A stretch of DNA of 64,000 nt. It comes from an uncultured virus (IMG/VR IMGVR_UViG_3300036715_002708) (lineage: Duplodnaviria; Heunggongvirae; Uroviricota; Caudoviricetes). The translations under genes and the position numbers were made by a program. The stretch lies in the IMG/VR virus record IMGVR_UViG_3300036715_002708; one strand, 5' to 3'. Under the pieces are notes generated by a model. That model did no database searches, was not told the origin of the DNA, and worked only from the letters and a program-made list of their open reading frames with translations. This document shows, one piece after another, positions 28,314-38,422 of this stretch. Within the stretch, counting starts at the first letter, position 1; each line of letters begins with the position of its first letter.

Positions 28314-28706
28314 ATGATGAACCCTATAAAGATAGTGATACTGGAAAAAGGCAAACAAGCATTAGAGAATTTCATTTCTAACCCATGCGAGAAGACATTA
28401 AAAAGATTCCTTAACCGCAACCGCAAACAAAAGTGTATTCTTGAGCTAGTGATTAAGACAAACGCTGGAAGTTTTGGAGATGCCGCCTTTACTCACATCA
28501 TGCCCACAGGCATCTGCCCGCTAACGTGCCGAGAGTTAGCAAGCAAAAGAGTTAGTAAGACCGGCTTTTTTGGATGTTCGACTGAGTTTCTAATTGAGGC
28601 ATGGCGGTCAAATCCAGGCTTTATACTACTTAACCTAATAGAGTTAAACTCTTATGTGGACACACTAAAAAATAAAAACACATCAAAACTAAAAACACTT
28701 GATTGA
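28314..28706 (+). CDS. 4-Cys family, array 2 member 2
   Basis: Family motifs present. Confidence 0.9.
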   Translation: MMNPIKIVILEKGKQALENFISNPCEKTLKRFLNRNRKQKCILELVIKTNAGSFGDAAFTHIMPTGICPLTCRELASKRVSKTGFFGCSTEFLIEAWRSNPGFILLNLIELNSYVDTLKNKNTSKLKTLD

Positions 28707-28748
28707 GTTCAATGCCTATATAGGCTCCACTAATCTTAGGAGGCATGG

Positions 28749-29078
28749 ATGAGAGTAAGTTGGGCTAGGAAACAACTGCTAGAAAACTTTATTGCTAATC
28801 CATGCGATGAAACATTGAACGATTTTCTATCTAGTTTAGGTTATAGATGTTTGTTAGGCGGAATTATTAATGGGTTTGACGCTGGAGAAACTCGATGTCC
28901 TAGGCAGTGTCTATCACTTGCCAAACGTCGAGGAGATTATTACTTATGTGGGAAGGGCGGCCTTCTAAGAGCATGGCGCGACTCCCGCTCTGGGCTATTG
29001 CTTAATTTAATTGAGTTTAATGCTTACATAGATAGCTTAGACGTAGACAGTTTGAAAGTAGGCGATGCAAGCGAATAA
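28749..29078 (+). CDS. 4-Cys family, array 2 member 3
   Basis: Family motifs present. Confidence 0.9.
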   Translation: MRVSWARKQLLENFIANPCDETLNDFLSSLGYRCLLGGIINGFDAGETRCPRQCLSLAKRRGDYYLCGKGGLLRAWRDSRSGLLLNLIEFNAYIDSLDVDSLKVGDASE

Positions 29079-29406
29079 AGAAAGCAAAAAGGCATTGGAA
29101 GCTTTTATTGCTAAGCCGTCTGACGAAACATTAAGACGATTAGCCGATTTAATACCTCATACTGGTTGTCATTGCCTGCTCACAACTCTATTTCCAAACA
29201 ATGCTTATGTCTTATCTTTAAGTAACAAGTGCCCTTCGGAATGTGTGATTCTGGCTAATAACCGACAGGCATTTACTGGGTACAGCGCTTGTTCTAATCC
29301 CTTTCTTATGGATGCATGGAAGGTTAATCCTTCGGTGGTTCTTTTAAGTTTTATCCAGTTTAAAGCATTTGTTGACAGTTTAGAGGATAGCAATGCCGAT
29401 AAATGA
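29065..29406 (+). CDS. 4-Cys family, array 2 member 4
   Basis: Family motifs present. Confidence 0.9.
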   Translation: MQANKESKKALEAFIAKPSDETLRRLADLIPHTGCHCLLTTLFPNNAYVLSLSNKCPSECVILANNRQAFTGYSACSNPFLMDAWKVNPSVVLLSFIQFKAFVDSLEDSNADK

Positions 29407-29704
29407 GCAGTATCTCAGTCTTTTAAAAGAGTTTATAGCAAATCCATCTAATGAAACTTGGGAGCCATTGGTTAACATTGGGGCTCCATGGGATTCGTTT
29501 TGTTTATACGAAAATTTCATGGGATGTAACACTATTACTTCCTGTCCACCAGAGTGTAGGATAATAGCAGGAGGCGATACGATTACACACATTTATCTTT
29601 GTCATCGCCCCTCTCGTCAACGCTCATGGACAGAATCACCAGGAAGAACTCTGGCTTTAGCTATTCAGTTTTTATCATTTATACTTTCGAGAGATAACAA
29701 ATGA
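29393..29704 (+). CDS. 4-Cys family, array 2 member 5
   Basis: EFIANPSNETWEPL..CPPEC..SPGRTLALAIQFLSF. Confidence 0.9.
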   Translation: MPINEQYLSLLKEFIANPSNETWEPLVNIGAPWDSFCLYENFMGCNTITSCPPECRIIAGGDTITHIYLCHRPSRQRSWTESPGRTLALAIQFLSFILSRDNK

Positions 29705-30024
29705 TAAACCAACGCTGTCTCCGTCTCCTAAAAGAGTTTATAGCAAATCCATCTAGTGAAACTTGGGAGCCATTGATTAACCTTGGAACTCCACGGGATT
29801 TGTTAACGTCCCATTGTTTATACGAGACTTTCATGGGATGTAACACTATTACCTGCCCACCAGAGTGTAGGATAGTAACAGGAAGAGACACGGTTACACG
29901 TTCCAGTGACGCTTATCTTTGTCATCGCATCTCTCGTCGACGCGCATGGACAGAATCGCCAGGAAGAACTTTAGCCTTAGCTATTCAATTTTTATCATTT
30001 GTACTTTCGAGGGATGACAAATGA
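29701..30024 (+). CDS. 4-Cys family, array 2 member 6
   Basis: Close duplicate of member 5. Confidence 0.9.
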   Translation: MINQRCLRLLKEFIANPSSETWEPLINLGTPRDLLTSHCLYETFMGCNTITCPPECRIVTGRDTVTRSSDAYLCHRISRRRAWTESPGRTLALAIQFLSFVLSRDDK

Positions 30025-30365
30025 TAAACCAACATTATCTTAGTCTTCTAAGAGAGTTTATAGCAAACCCATCTAGTGAAACTTGGGAACCATTAATTGG
30101 GCTTAAGACTGAACAGGGCTTTACAACCGTTTCTTGTTTCTATAAAACTTTTGTGGGAGACATTCCCGCCAACTGCCCGATTGAATGCGAGCAAATGATG
30201 CGCCCAGAGCAGGAGGATTTTGTAGAAATGTACTCTATGCGCCATCGTGGTGTTTGTCTCTGCTATTATACCACTAGGCAGCGTGCGTGGGCATCGTCTC
30301 CAGGGGAAACCTTAGCTTTAGCTATTCAGTTTTTATCATTTATACTTTCGAGAAATGATGAATGA
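30021..30365 (+). CDS. 4-Cys family, array 2 member 7
   Basis: Family motifs present. Confidence 0.9.
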   Translation: MINQHYLSLLREFIANPSSETWEPLIGLKTEQGFTTVSCFYKTFVGDIPANCPIECEQMMRPEQEDFVEMYSMRHRGVCLCYYTTRQRAWASSPGETLALAIQFLSFILSRNDE

Positions 30366-30727
30366 TAAACCAACGCTATCTTCGTCTACTAAAAGAGTTT
30401 ATAGCAAATCCATCTAGTAAAACTTGGGAGCCATTAATTGAGCTCAGAGATAAGCAAGGCGTTCCGGCTGCTTGGTGTATCTATAAAACTTTTACGGGAG
30501 CCGTTGACTACTGCCCAACTGAATGTGTACGAGCTACGAGACTGAAACGGGAAGTAGGGGGTTTCACTGGCACTTACCTTTGTTATTGTGCTACTAGAAA
30601 ATATGCATGGAGAGAGTCTCCAGGGAACACTTTAGCTCTAGCTATTCAGTTTCTAGCATTTTTAATGTCTAAGGATGAAGAGAATAGACATACTAAATCA
30701 AATAACAGGCTTAAGGAGAACAAATGA
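30362..30727 (+). CDS. 4-Cys family, array 2 member 8
   Basis: Family motifs present. Confidence 0.9.
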   Translation: MINQRYLRLLKEFIANPSSKTWEPLIELRDKQGVPAAWCIYKTFTGAVDYCPTECVRATRLKREVGGFTGTYLCYCATRKYAWRESPGNTLALAIQFLAFLMSKDEENRHTKSNNRLKENK

Positions 30728-30972
30728 CCTGGAATTACAGAATTGTTAGAAAACAAGTTGACGGTGAACATTACTTTCAAATCTATGAAGTTTATTATGA
30801 GGGAAAGGGAATCTCAGACAAAAACATAAAGTACATGTCTCAAGAGCCAATTGCTCCATTTGGCCATAGTAAGAAAGAACTAAAGCATGACATGAAGATA
30901 ATGAGTCAGGCGTTTAAGCTGCCGGTTATTAATTATGAGAAACTATGCAAAAAGAAGAAGTGGACATCGTAG
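30724..30972 (+). CDS. phage hypothetical protein (MxWNYR type)
   Basis: MTWNYRIV..IYEVYY pattern recalled from phage proteins. Confidence 0.7.
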   Translation: MTWNYRIVRKQVDGEHYFQIYEVYYEGKGISDKNIKYMSQEPIAPFGHSKKELKHDMKIMSQAFKLPVINYEKLCKKKKWTS

Positions 30973-31084
30973 CAAAGTTGAGTTGTTAAGGTTCATTTAA
31001 TAACTGAGGACTGGCTAATCTCACTGGTTCCACTGCAATAGTCCGATTTAGACAATGACAAAATAGTTCGATAGGGGACTAGGC

Positions 31085-31534
31085 ATGAAATCTCAAGTAG
31101 AAAGGGCTATTCAGTTAGCTCATAAAGTAAGAGAGGCCGCTGAGAGGTATCAAGCGTTGCACCCGAAGTATTTCAATAGAGACCTCTGTGGGCTTTGCGG
31201 AATAGCTTCCATGGCCCTTATGGAATATCTGAGGAAGCATGGGATAGAGGCTAGATTCATAATGGGAACTGTACATGAAGACATGAGTCGAGAAAGAGTA
31301 GCCAACCCACTAGAAGCAGACCATTGCTGGGTAGAGGTTCCTATCGATTCCCAAAAGAATCAAGTTATTGATATTACCATGACTCAATTTAAGAAGTGTG
31401 ACAAAGTCTATCTTGAGACAATTAATGTTGGAGGGGTAGCATCAAGAAGTAGGGGATATGCGTCACTTCGCCATTGGAAGAGTGACCGTGCAACTCCCCA
31501 AACAACTAACGAGATACTATCTTTGATTCGATAG
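31085..31534 (+). CDS. transglutaminase-like (Cys-His-Asp triad) protein
   Basis: GLCGIAS..DHCWVEV..VIDIT. Confidence 0.65.
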   Translation: MKSQVERAIQLAHKVREAAERYQALHPKYFNRDLCGLCGIASMALMEYLRKHGIEARFIMGTVHEDMSRERVANPLEADHCWVEVPIDSQKNQVIDITMTQFKKCDKVYLETINVGGVASRSRGYASLRHWKSDRATPQTTNEILSLIR

Positions 31535-31547
31535 AAGACTGAAAATA

Positions 31548-31784
31548 ATGATAACTCAAGCTGCTGTTCTCTTTAATGGAAAGGTTTATGTCGGGAAAAG
31601 ACATGCAGACGCTATTAGGGCTTGTGCTACCGATAATCCAGACTGTTATATATCAGGGAAAGACCAGGGTTTTATCACGGATGATGGGAGATTTGTTAGT
31701 CGAGCTGAGGCCGCTCAAATTGCTTTTGAGTGTGGACAAATTAGCAAGAAAGTATCAATACTATTAAGCGAGGATATCTATTGA
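31548..31784 (+). CDS. phage hypothetical protein
   Basis: GKRH..QGFIT..GRFVSR.EA..SEDIY pattern recalled from phage proteins. Confidence 0.7.
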   Translation: MITQAAVLFNGKVYVGKRHADAIRACATDNPDCYISGKDQGFITDDGRFVSRAEAAQIAFECGQISKKVSILLSEDIY

Positions 31785-31810
31785 GTAATAGTGTTTAGAC
31801 GTGCACGCTA

Positions 31811-32155
31811 ATGAAAGCAACGAATCCTGACAAACATCTTCTGGCTACTCTCGCTGTCGTAGATAAACTGTTAAGTAATCCTGACGACGTATCAGCCTGG
31901 AAAGAGCTACAGGAGGTAACTGGAGTTCAATACAGAGTCGGCGACACCAGCGAGCGGAATTATTGCTCCGGTATATCTTGCCTAGAATGCCCTTTACGCA
32001 TACCGAAGCCTACGGACATACCCATGGCCAGCACTTACGTATGCCGTTGTTATTCTCCAAACTATCCTTCCCCCTCTCTAACTGTAGCTGAAAAAGTCAA
32101 ACGGCTCATTGAGTTTAAAGCTTTCATTCAAATAGCAAAAAAGAAAGCGCCGTGA
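31811..32155 (+). CDS. 4-Cys family protein, divergent B-like
   Basis: LLSNPDD..C..CLECPL..C..LIEFKAF. Confidence 0.75.
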   Translation: MKATNPDKHLLATLAVVDKLLSNPDDVSAWKELQEVTGVQYRVGDTSERNYCSGISCLECPLRIPKPTDIPMASTYVCRCYSPNYPSPSLTVAEKVKRLIEFKAFIQIAKKKAP

Positions 32156-32156
32156 G

Positions 32157-32579
32157 ATGAATAATCCCAAGAACCAAGGAGTATATAATGCAATGGTAGC
32201 AATGACAGGGGCTGGTTTGGCTGTGTCCCGCCACCAGGAACGTATCATCATTGATTCGATTGAATTGGTAAAAAAAGTCAGAGATAATCCCACTTGTGAG
32301 AACGTTCGGCAATTAGGAGAGACTTTATGCAGGAACGGCCGTAATGCTTTCGGTGTCAGAAAATGTATTTTACATATGCATGACAGTCTTAATTATGATG
32401 ATTACCATGTTCAAATACCAAATCGGTCTGCCTGTAGTCATTGCCCGTTTTATAGACATAAGGATAGGATGGGATGGTGTCCAACTTTTGCAAATAAGAA
32501 ATCTTTTCCTTTTACGCGAGCAAAGATTACACTCGTACTCATAGAAGCTGAAGCTATTTTGCAGTCTTATCTGCCTTGA
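32157..32579 (+). CDS. 4-Cys family protein, divergent
   Basis: DNPTCE..CIL..CSHCPF..C..LVLIE. Confidence 0.7.
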   Translation: MNNPKNQGVYNAMVAMTGAGLAVSRHQERIIIDSIELVKKVRDNPTCENVRQLGETLCRNGRNAFGVRKCILHMHDSLNYDDYHVQIPNRSACSHCPFYRHKDRMGWCPTFANKKSFPFTRAKITLVLIEAEAILQSYLP

Positions 32580-32591
32580 CGCCTTAGAGCT

Positions 32592-32942
32592 ATGAGAAGT
32601 AAGACATTTTATTCTCGCTTCGCACACGGTAAGATATTATCTTCGTATTTAGATGCTTTTCTAGCAAAACCTACGAAGCGGACTCTTTTAACTTTCGCAA
32701 TGTTCTGTCTTCCACAGGAATGCATTTTATGCTCATTTGCTAGACCCAATATGTCTAAGATAAGAAAAGTCCAAGCACTATCTTGTATCCAGTGTCCTCT
32801 TTTTGGGCCGTCTAACCCAGTAAAACAATCTTTCTGTCCTCGTAGCGATTTATTGGAACAATGGGATATAAACTCAGGTATGGTTATTTTAAAGTTAACT
32901 CAACTTAGAGCTTTGAAGGAAATTGTAGTAGACGGGCCATAA
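32592..32942 (+). CDS. 4-Cys family protein, divergent
   Basis: FLAKPTKRTL..CIL..CIQCPL..C..W..ILKL. Confidence 0.75.
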   Translation: MRSKTFYSRFAHGKILSSYLDAFLAKPTKRTLLTFAMFCLPQECILCSFARPNMSKIRKVQALSCIQCPLFGPSNPVKQSFCPRSDLLEQWDINSGMVILKLTQLRALKEIVVDGP

Positions 32943-33020
32943 AAATAAAGCATTCAAACCGCAATCTATGGAGTAAATAGAAATTAAAAGTCGAGAGTCC
33001 TTTTCGTAGAGGAGATAGAT

Positions 33021-33359
33021 ATGACAATTAAAGGGCAGCCCCTGCGTGTGTGGTGGATTCCGCAGGTACCGATGAAAGCCTTTTATGTCCCAGTATCAAG
33101 CATAAAAGAAGCCGCAAAAATTATGGAGGTATTAGCACAGTATGACCAATTCCAGTTTGACAACAGAATTAAGCCCGATTACTGCAATATGGGTGGTTTA
33201 GACATTTACGATAATAATGCTGACGGAGAAGGGAATCCTGGTTGGGTTTCTTGGGAGGATGAGAAGACGGGCATTACGGACCCAGCAGAATACATAAAAC
33301 ATTGTGCATTGAATAAAAAGACACAAAGGCATAGGGGAGCAAAGCATGAGCACGTTTAA
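33021..33359 (+). CDS. P22 gp17-like (anti-superinfection-exclusion) family protein
   Basis: LRVWWIPQVPMKAF..LAQYDQFQFDNRIKPDYCNMGGL matches my recollection of the P22 gp17 family. Confidence 0.75.
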   Translation: MTIKGQPLRVWWIPQVPMKAFYVPVSSIKEAAKIMEVLAQYDQFQFDNRIKPDYCNMGGLDIYDNNADGEGNPGWVSWEDEKTGITDPAEYIKHCALNKKTQRHRGAKHEHV

Positions 33360-33686
33360 ATCTTCAATGGAAATGTTGAGCGATGATACCAATATGAGAA
33401 CAGCTGACATTGAAAGAAGAGCACGCAAAATGAGAGCTAGGAAGCCGACAATAAAACGAATTGCTATAAGGACTGTAACAAAAGCTCTAGTGCGAAAGGA
33501 CTCGTAATGCCTGACTTCGAGAGGGTACTAGATGATTTATCTCTTTATATGGCGAAGACTCCCATAAACAAAGCTAGAGCAGAGGGCTTTATTGCTGGGA
33601 AAAATTATGCACGAAAAGAAATTGCGGTAGTGATGTTGGGAGTCTTTCTTCTTGTTGTGGTTTTTTGTGTCTTTGTCCAGTATTTA

Positions 33687-33949
33687 GGGGCTTAAACACT
33701 GTGTAGTTTAAACGGTATTCTCCAAGGTTGAGAATGCTACACAATTCGTACTCGCGATGGCACGCAGGGGAGACTAGCTCACCCTGTCCATCGTAGAGAA
33801 CATCGAAGATATCTCATCCCATCGTTATTGAAGCCTCATCTTGAGGAATTGTTATTCCTGTCCCGTCATTCAACGGAGAGTGGCATTCTCCGCCTTTTTA
33901 ATACAGCTGGGAGACATAATAGTTATGTCTTCCATGGGTCTCAAGCCCC
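33687..33949 (+). ncRNA. candidate structured non-coding RNA
   Basis: Five or more stem-loops closed by GGGGCTT/AAGCCCC in a gene-poor gap. Confidence 0.35.
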
Positions 33950-34124
33950 ACAAATGCAGAGAGAACACTGCTGGACTCTTAAAAAGAAAGGGAAGGCAGA
34001 TGGAAAAGAACGGAAAGAGGGCGCACGAGAAAACTGATTAAGAAAAACGAAGCAGACGAACGCCATCGCAGGTAACATTAACTCTTGTTCAGTTTATATC
34101 TTTCTTAAAAGTCCTAGAAGACTA

Positions 34125-34158
34125 ACGTACTCCCACGGTTAAAACCGGGGCTTTCTGC
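34125..34158 (-). mobile_element. possible IS200/IS605-family end-hairpin remnant
   Basis: Minus strand reads AGAAAGCCCCGGTTTTAACCGTGGGAGTACGT, resembling GAAGCCCACGG-TTTA-CCGTGGGAG ends; no tnpA or tnpB nearby. Confidence 0.4.
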
Positions 34159-34241
34159 GGATAATTTGGCATAGCAACTTGGCAACGAGACAAGCCTAGC
34201 AATATCCCTGTGTTAATCGCGGTTAGAAGGAGACTAGCAAA

Positions 34242-35933
34242 ATGAAAGAGTTATTTGACAAATCGAAATTTGAGAGAATTATCAAACTCGCGGGTGGACA
34301 TGGCAACTCTCTTGCCCTGAAGAGTGATGGGACAGTATGGATATTGGGTAATAATACATTCGGTCAGCTCGGTAACGGAGGCAATACTGATAGCAGTTTT
34401 CCCGTCCAGGTTTTAGGACTTACTGGCATTACGGCTATCGCGGCAGATGGTTTCCATTGCCTCGCATTGAAAGAAGATGGAACGGTTTGGGCTTGGGGGT
34501 ATAATGGTTATGGCCAACTTGGTAACGGGACGAACACCAATAGCAATGTCCCCGTTCAGGTTTCAGGGCTTACTGGCGTTACGGCCATTGCGGTGGGCCA
34601 TTTTCATTCCCTTGCCTTAAAAAATGACGGGACGGTCTGGGCATGGGGGGTTAACTGGTACGGCGAACCTGGTAGCGGAATCAACTCCAATACCAATGTC
34701 CCTGTCCAGGTTTTGGGGCTTACTGGCATTACGGCCATCGCTAGTGGCGGTTATCATTCCCTCGCCTTGAAAAACGACGGGACGGTCTGGGTGTGGGGGT
34801 ATAACTATTACGGCGAACTCGGCAACGGAACCAATACCAGTAGTAATGTTCCTGCCCAGGTTTCGGGGCTGAGCGGAATTATGGCCATCGCGGGGGGCTA
34901 TTCTCATTCCCTCGCCTTGAAAAACGACGGGACGGTCTTAGCGTGGGGGCGTAATGATTGCGGCCAACTTGGCAACGGGACAAACATAGATAGCACTGTC
35001 CCCGTTACTGTTTCAGAGCTCACGGGAATTACAGCCCTCGCGGGAGGTGGTTCTCATTCCCTCGCCCTAAAAAATGACGGTACGGTTTGGGCCTGGGGGT
35101 GCAATAGTAATGGCCAGCTTGGCAACAGGACCAATACCTGGAGCAATGTCCCCGTCCAGGTTTCGGGACTCACTAGGGTTATTGCCATTGCTGGAGGCTA
35201 TGACCATTCCCTTGCCTTGGAAAATGACGGGACGGTCTTGGCGTGGGGGCGTAATAATTATAGTCAACTTGGCAATGGGACAACGACTGATAGCAATGTT
35301 CCCATCCAGATTGTAGCTCCAGTTGGTAGACCAGCGCTTACCGGAATTATAGCTATCGCTGGGGGCTATCGTCATTCCCTCGCCTTGAAAAGTGACGGGA
35401 CGGTCTGGGCCTGGGGGCGTAATGATTGCGGGCAACTTGGCAACGGAACCAATATCAATAGCGGTGTCCCTGTCCAGGTTTTGGGGCTCACTGGCATTAT
35501 AGCTATCGCGGTGGGCCTTGATCATTCCCTTGCTCTAAAGGACGACGGAACGGTCTGGGCGTGGGGGCGTAACAGTGAAGGCCAGCTCGGTAGCGGGACA
35601 AACTTTGGCAGTAGTGTCCCCGTCCCCGTTTTAGGGCTCACGGGGATTACTAAAATCTCGGGGAACGGCTATCATTCCCTCGCATTGAAAAGTGATGGGA
35701 CGGTCTGGGCGTGGGGGCATAATGATTGCGGCCAACTTGGCAACGGGACAAACATAGATAGCACTGTCCCCGTTCAAGTTTCAGGACTTACAGGGATTAC
35801 AACCATCGCATGTGGCGATTTCCATTCCCTCGCCCTAAAAGGTGATGGAACGGTCTTGGCGTGGGGGTATAACAGTGTCGGCGGACTCGACAAGGGGGCC
35901 AACACCAATAGCAATGTCCCCGTCCAGGTTTAA
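34242..35933 (+). CDS. RCC1/BLIP-II-type repeat protein (11 repeats)
   Basis: Repeats of about 50 aa / 150 bp. Confidence 0.95.
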   Translation: MKELFDKSKFERIIKLAGGHGNSLALKSDGTVWILGNNTFGQLGNGGNTDSSFPVQVLGLTGITAIAADGFHCLALKEDGTVWAWGYNGYGQLGNGTNTNSNVPVQVSGLTGVTAIAVGHFHSLALKNDGTVWAWGVNWYGEPGSGINSNTNVPVQVLGLTGITAIASGGYHSLALKNDGTVWVWGYNYYGELGNGTNTSSNVPAQVSGLSGIMAIAGGYSHSLALKNDGTVLAWGRNDCGQLGNGTNIDSTVPVTVSELTGITALAGGGSHSLALKNDGTVWAWGCNSNGQLGNRTNTWSNVPVQVSGLTRVIAIAGGYDHSLALENDGTVLAWGRNNYSQLGNGTTTDSNVPIQIVAPVGRPALTGIIAIAGGYRHSLALKSDGTVWAWGRNDCGQLGNGTNINSGVPVQVLGLTGIIAIAVGLDHSLALKDDGTVWAWGRNSEGQLGSGTNFGSSVPVPVLGLTGITKISGNGYHSLALKSDGTVWAWGHNDCGQLGNGTNIDSTVPVQVSGLTGITTIACGDFHSLALKGDGTVLAWGYNSVGGLDKGANTNSNVPVQV

Positions 35934-36080
35934 TAGCTACCGGGATTATAGCCATCGCGGGTGAGATAGCCATTTCCTTTTCCTTGCCTTGAAAAATGAC
36001 GGGACGGTTTGGGCTTGAGGTGCAATGGTAATGGTCAACTTGGCAATATCCCAAGTAACGTCCCTGTGCAAGTAATTCCA
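35934..36080 (+). pseudogene. frameshifted extra RCC1 blade
   Basis: GATTATAGCCATCGCGGG..CTTGCCTTGAAAAATGACGGGACGGTTTGGGCTTGA..CAACTTGGCAA with indels and a stop. Confidence 0.75.
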
Positions 36081-36150
36081 AGCCTTGGAGAGGGAGTAGT
36101 ATTGACATACATTCAGCTTCTCTCTTATCTAAAGAAAAGACAAAGGTCAA

Positions 36151-36624
36151 ATGAAAGATATACTTATTCTCTCTCGGCAAAAAGTAGAGGAACTGTCAAA
36201 ACACAGCGAGGAGGTTCTGTCCACAGCGAGGAAAGAACTAGGTCCAATCGCAGTTATTTCCATTACTTGTCCAGGAGATGAGACAGTTTGCATTCCTCAT
36301 ATTACTGAATTTATCCTGCGTTTAGAGTTCGATGATATTAGCACTAAACAGGATGGAATGAGAAGTGGACAGCAAAAGTTAAAAATGGTTAATAGCGATG
36401 ATGCGAATAAGGTAGCAGCTTTTATAAATCGAGTAGCAGATAAGATTAATTTGCTAATTGTTCATTGTGACGCTGGTATTTCTAGAAGTGCTGGGGTAGG
36501 AATAGCTATTGCAGAAGAGACTGGCTTGGATGAAGTAGCTAAGAGCCTTTTGCAAACACATCCACATTACAACCGAGATGTGTATAGAATAATCAAAGAG
36601 GGATTTCATGCCGAGTCGGTGTAA
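36151..36624 (+). CDS. protein-tyrosine/dual-specificity phosphatase-like protein
   Basis: VHCDAGISRS (CX5R) motif. Confidence 0.85.
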   Translation: MKDILILSRQKVEELSKHSEEVLSTARKELGPIAVISITCPGDETVCIPHITEFILRLEFDDISTKQDGMRSGQQKLKMVNSDDANKVAAFINRVADKINLLIVHCDAGISRSAGVGIAIAEETGLDEVAKSLLQTHPHYNRDVYRIIKEGFHAESV

Positions 36625-37126
36625 AACCTGTGCCAGGTATCACCCCAAAACGCTAGAAAATTGCCCCATTGCAGAGTTTTATTCTAGGGTAGTGGAGGAA
36701 TACGATATATCTCCTCCCTGTGACAGTTATCTAAAATTAGAAGAACAGGTGACAGATGCGACTTGAAGATGTTAAGAATATACAGATTCAATGGAATCAT
36801 ATATGGCGCCCGTTTTGGTATCTCATGTCTTTTCTGTTGTTTCTAGTTGAGGTATGGATAGCCATGTTTTCTGGTTTAGCATGGTATTGGCGGGCTTTAT
36901 CCGTGCCAATTGGCCTAAGCATAAGTTATGCGTTAGCTACTCTTGGTTATGCGAGTGGTGATATGTGGAGGCCAAACAAAATAGAAAAGATTATAAAATT
37001 AAAGGACAAAGATTAGCATGGAAGAATCTACTGGCTGGCTATTAGCTTGTGGGATTGCTGCCTTTATTCTACTACTGGGGTTTGAAGCAATGAGAATCTT
37101 TAAAAGTTATTGGAAAGGAGACGGAT

Positions 37127-37564
37127 ATGGAGACTAACCAACTGGCGCTAGATAAGGGATTTGCGAAAATACTTCGACAAACTAAGGTAGGAAAAACCGG
37201 ATATATTTTCATGGTTAAAATGACCAAACCCTTGGGAGAGGCAAATTATCTATTGCTTCTATCCAAAAAAAGAAATCGAGAAGTAGTCAAGAAGAAGATG
37301 CAAGAGTTGCGAAAGAATAGAGGCGTTTCTTGTCGGAACATGAATAACCGTAGCGTAAAATCTTGGTGGGCCTGTTGGGGTTTTTTGGATAAACAAACCG
37401 CTGCTAGAGCTTTCCTCGTAGCGGAGAAGAATCTGTTTAAGGCCTCGACAAAAGTGGGGGGTAAGTCAATTGCTTTGTTTGACCAAGCTCATCAAGATAA
37501 GGCTAAGAGCTTTTTTATTGAGAGAGCTAGGTACCATAGGAACTTTTCTGATAATCTAAGTTAA
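37127..37564 (+). CDS. basic hypothetical protein
   Basis: AAGGAG RBS, 145 aa. Confidence 0.7.
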   Translation: METNQLALDKGFAKILRQTKVGKTGYIFMVKMTKPLGEANYLLLLSKKRNREVVKKKMQELRKNRGVSCRNMNNRSVKSWWACWGFLDKQTAARAFLVAEKNLFKASTKVGGKSIALFDQAHQDKAKSFFIERARYHRNFSDNLS

Positions 37565-37590
37565 TTCGTTTAAATCCATAGGAGAAGAAC

Positions 37591-37860
37591 ATGTTTTGGA
37601 AAAAGAAAACGATGTGGAGTGTTGCATATAGATGCTCTCAGGGACATATTTCTGGGATTGACACAAGCGAGTCTCCGTCAACGTTACAGAGTTGGCAACC
37701 TGAGATATGTCCAGCGTGCGGAGAGAGCGGAAAGACGCTGCGGCGAGTTTTAGTTAAAAGGGAATACGAAGAAGCAGATAGTGTGTTGGCTCTACTTTTT
37801 AGTACTGGTTGGATTCGTAAGGCAAGGATCGTGGAAATTAAAGCGGAACCGAAACCATGA
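37591..37860 (+). CDS. hypothetical protein with CxxxH/CPxCG zinc ligands
   Basis: CSQGH..CPACG. Confidence 0.65.
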   Translation: MFWKKKTMWSVAYRCSQGHISGIDTSESPSTLQSWQPEICPACGESGKTLRRVLVKREYEEADSVLALLFSTGWIRKARIVEIKAEPKP

Positions 37861-37960
37861 AAATGTGTGGGAAAAGACAGTACCTAAACACATTTAGTCT
37901 TAGCAAATCCCATAGATTTTTTGGGGAACTATAAGCGAAATCATATCTTCAGGAGAAATC

Positions 37961-38281
37961 ATGAAACATAGTAAGCTCGGTATCGCATCACTTTGTATTG
38001 CTGTATTTACTGCTTTCACTTTTCTTGTTATGATGGTTTTTGGAGCAGCATCAACGCACACTGGTAGTCAACCAACAATAGAAAGCTCCAATGCTCTCAT
38101 TGGGTCATGTATGTTATGTTTAACATTTCCTAGTCTTATAACCGGAAGTATTTTTGGCTTGATATCATTATTCCAGAAAGACACATACCGCATAGCAGGT
38201 ATCGTTGGAATAGTGATAAACGCACTTGAGTTTTTTCTCATAATAGGGCTTGCGTTTATAGGTATGATGACTAACAATTAG
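37961..38281 (+). CDS. three-TM membrane protein
   Basis: SKLGIASL N-terminus and three hydrophobic helices. Confidence 0.75.
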   Translation: MKHSKLGIASLCIAVFTAFTFLVMMVFGAASTHTGSQPTIESSNALIGSCMLCLTFPSLITGSIFGLISLFQKDTYRIAGIVGIVINALEFFLIIGLAFIGMMTNN

Positions 38282-38422
38282 TACAATATAAATTACTAGA
38301 GAGTTTGAATGAGTCTAATACTGCCCGAAAGATTTCAGCAAGACTATTTCTGTGGCAACATCATGAATGAATTCAAACCAACCTAAAGTTATTTATTCGC
38401 CACTAAGGAGAGTGGTGAAACA

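Noticed and set aside
36009..36281. ORF 36009-36281
   Set aside because: Reads through a decayed RCC1 blade and overlaps the phosphatase gene out of frame
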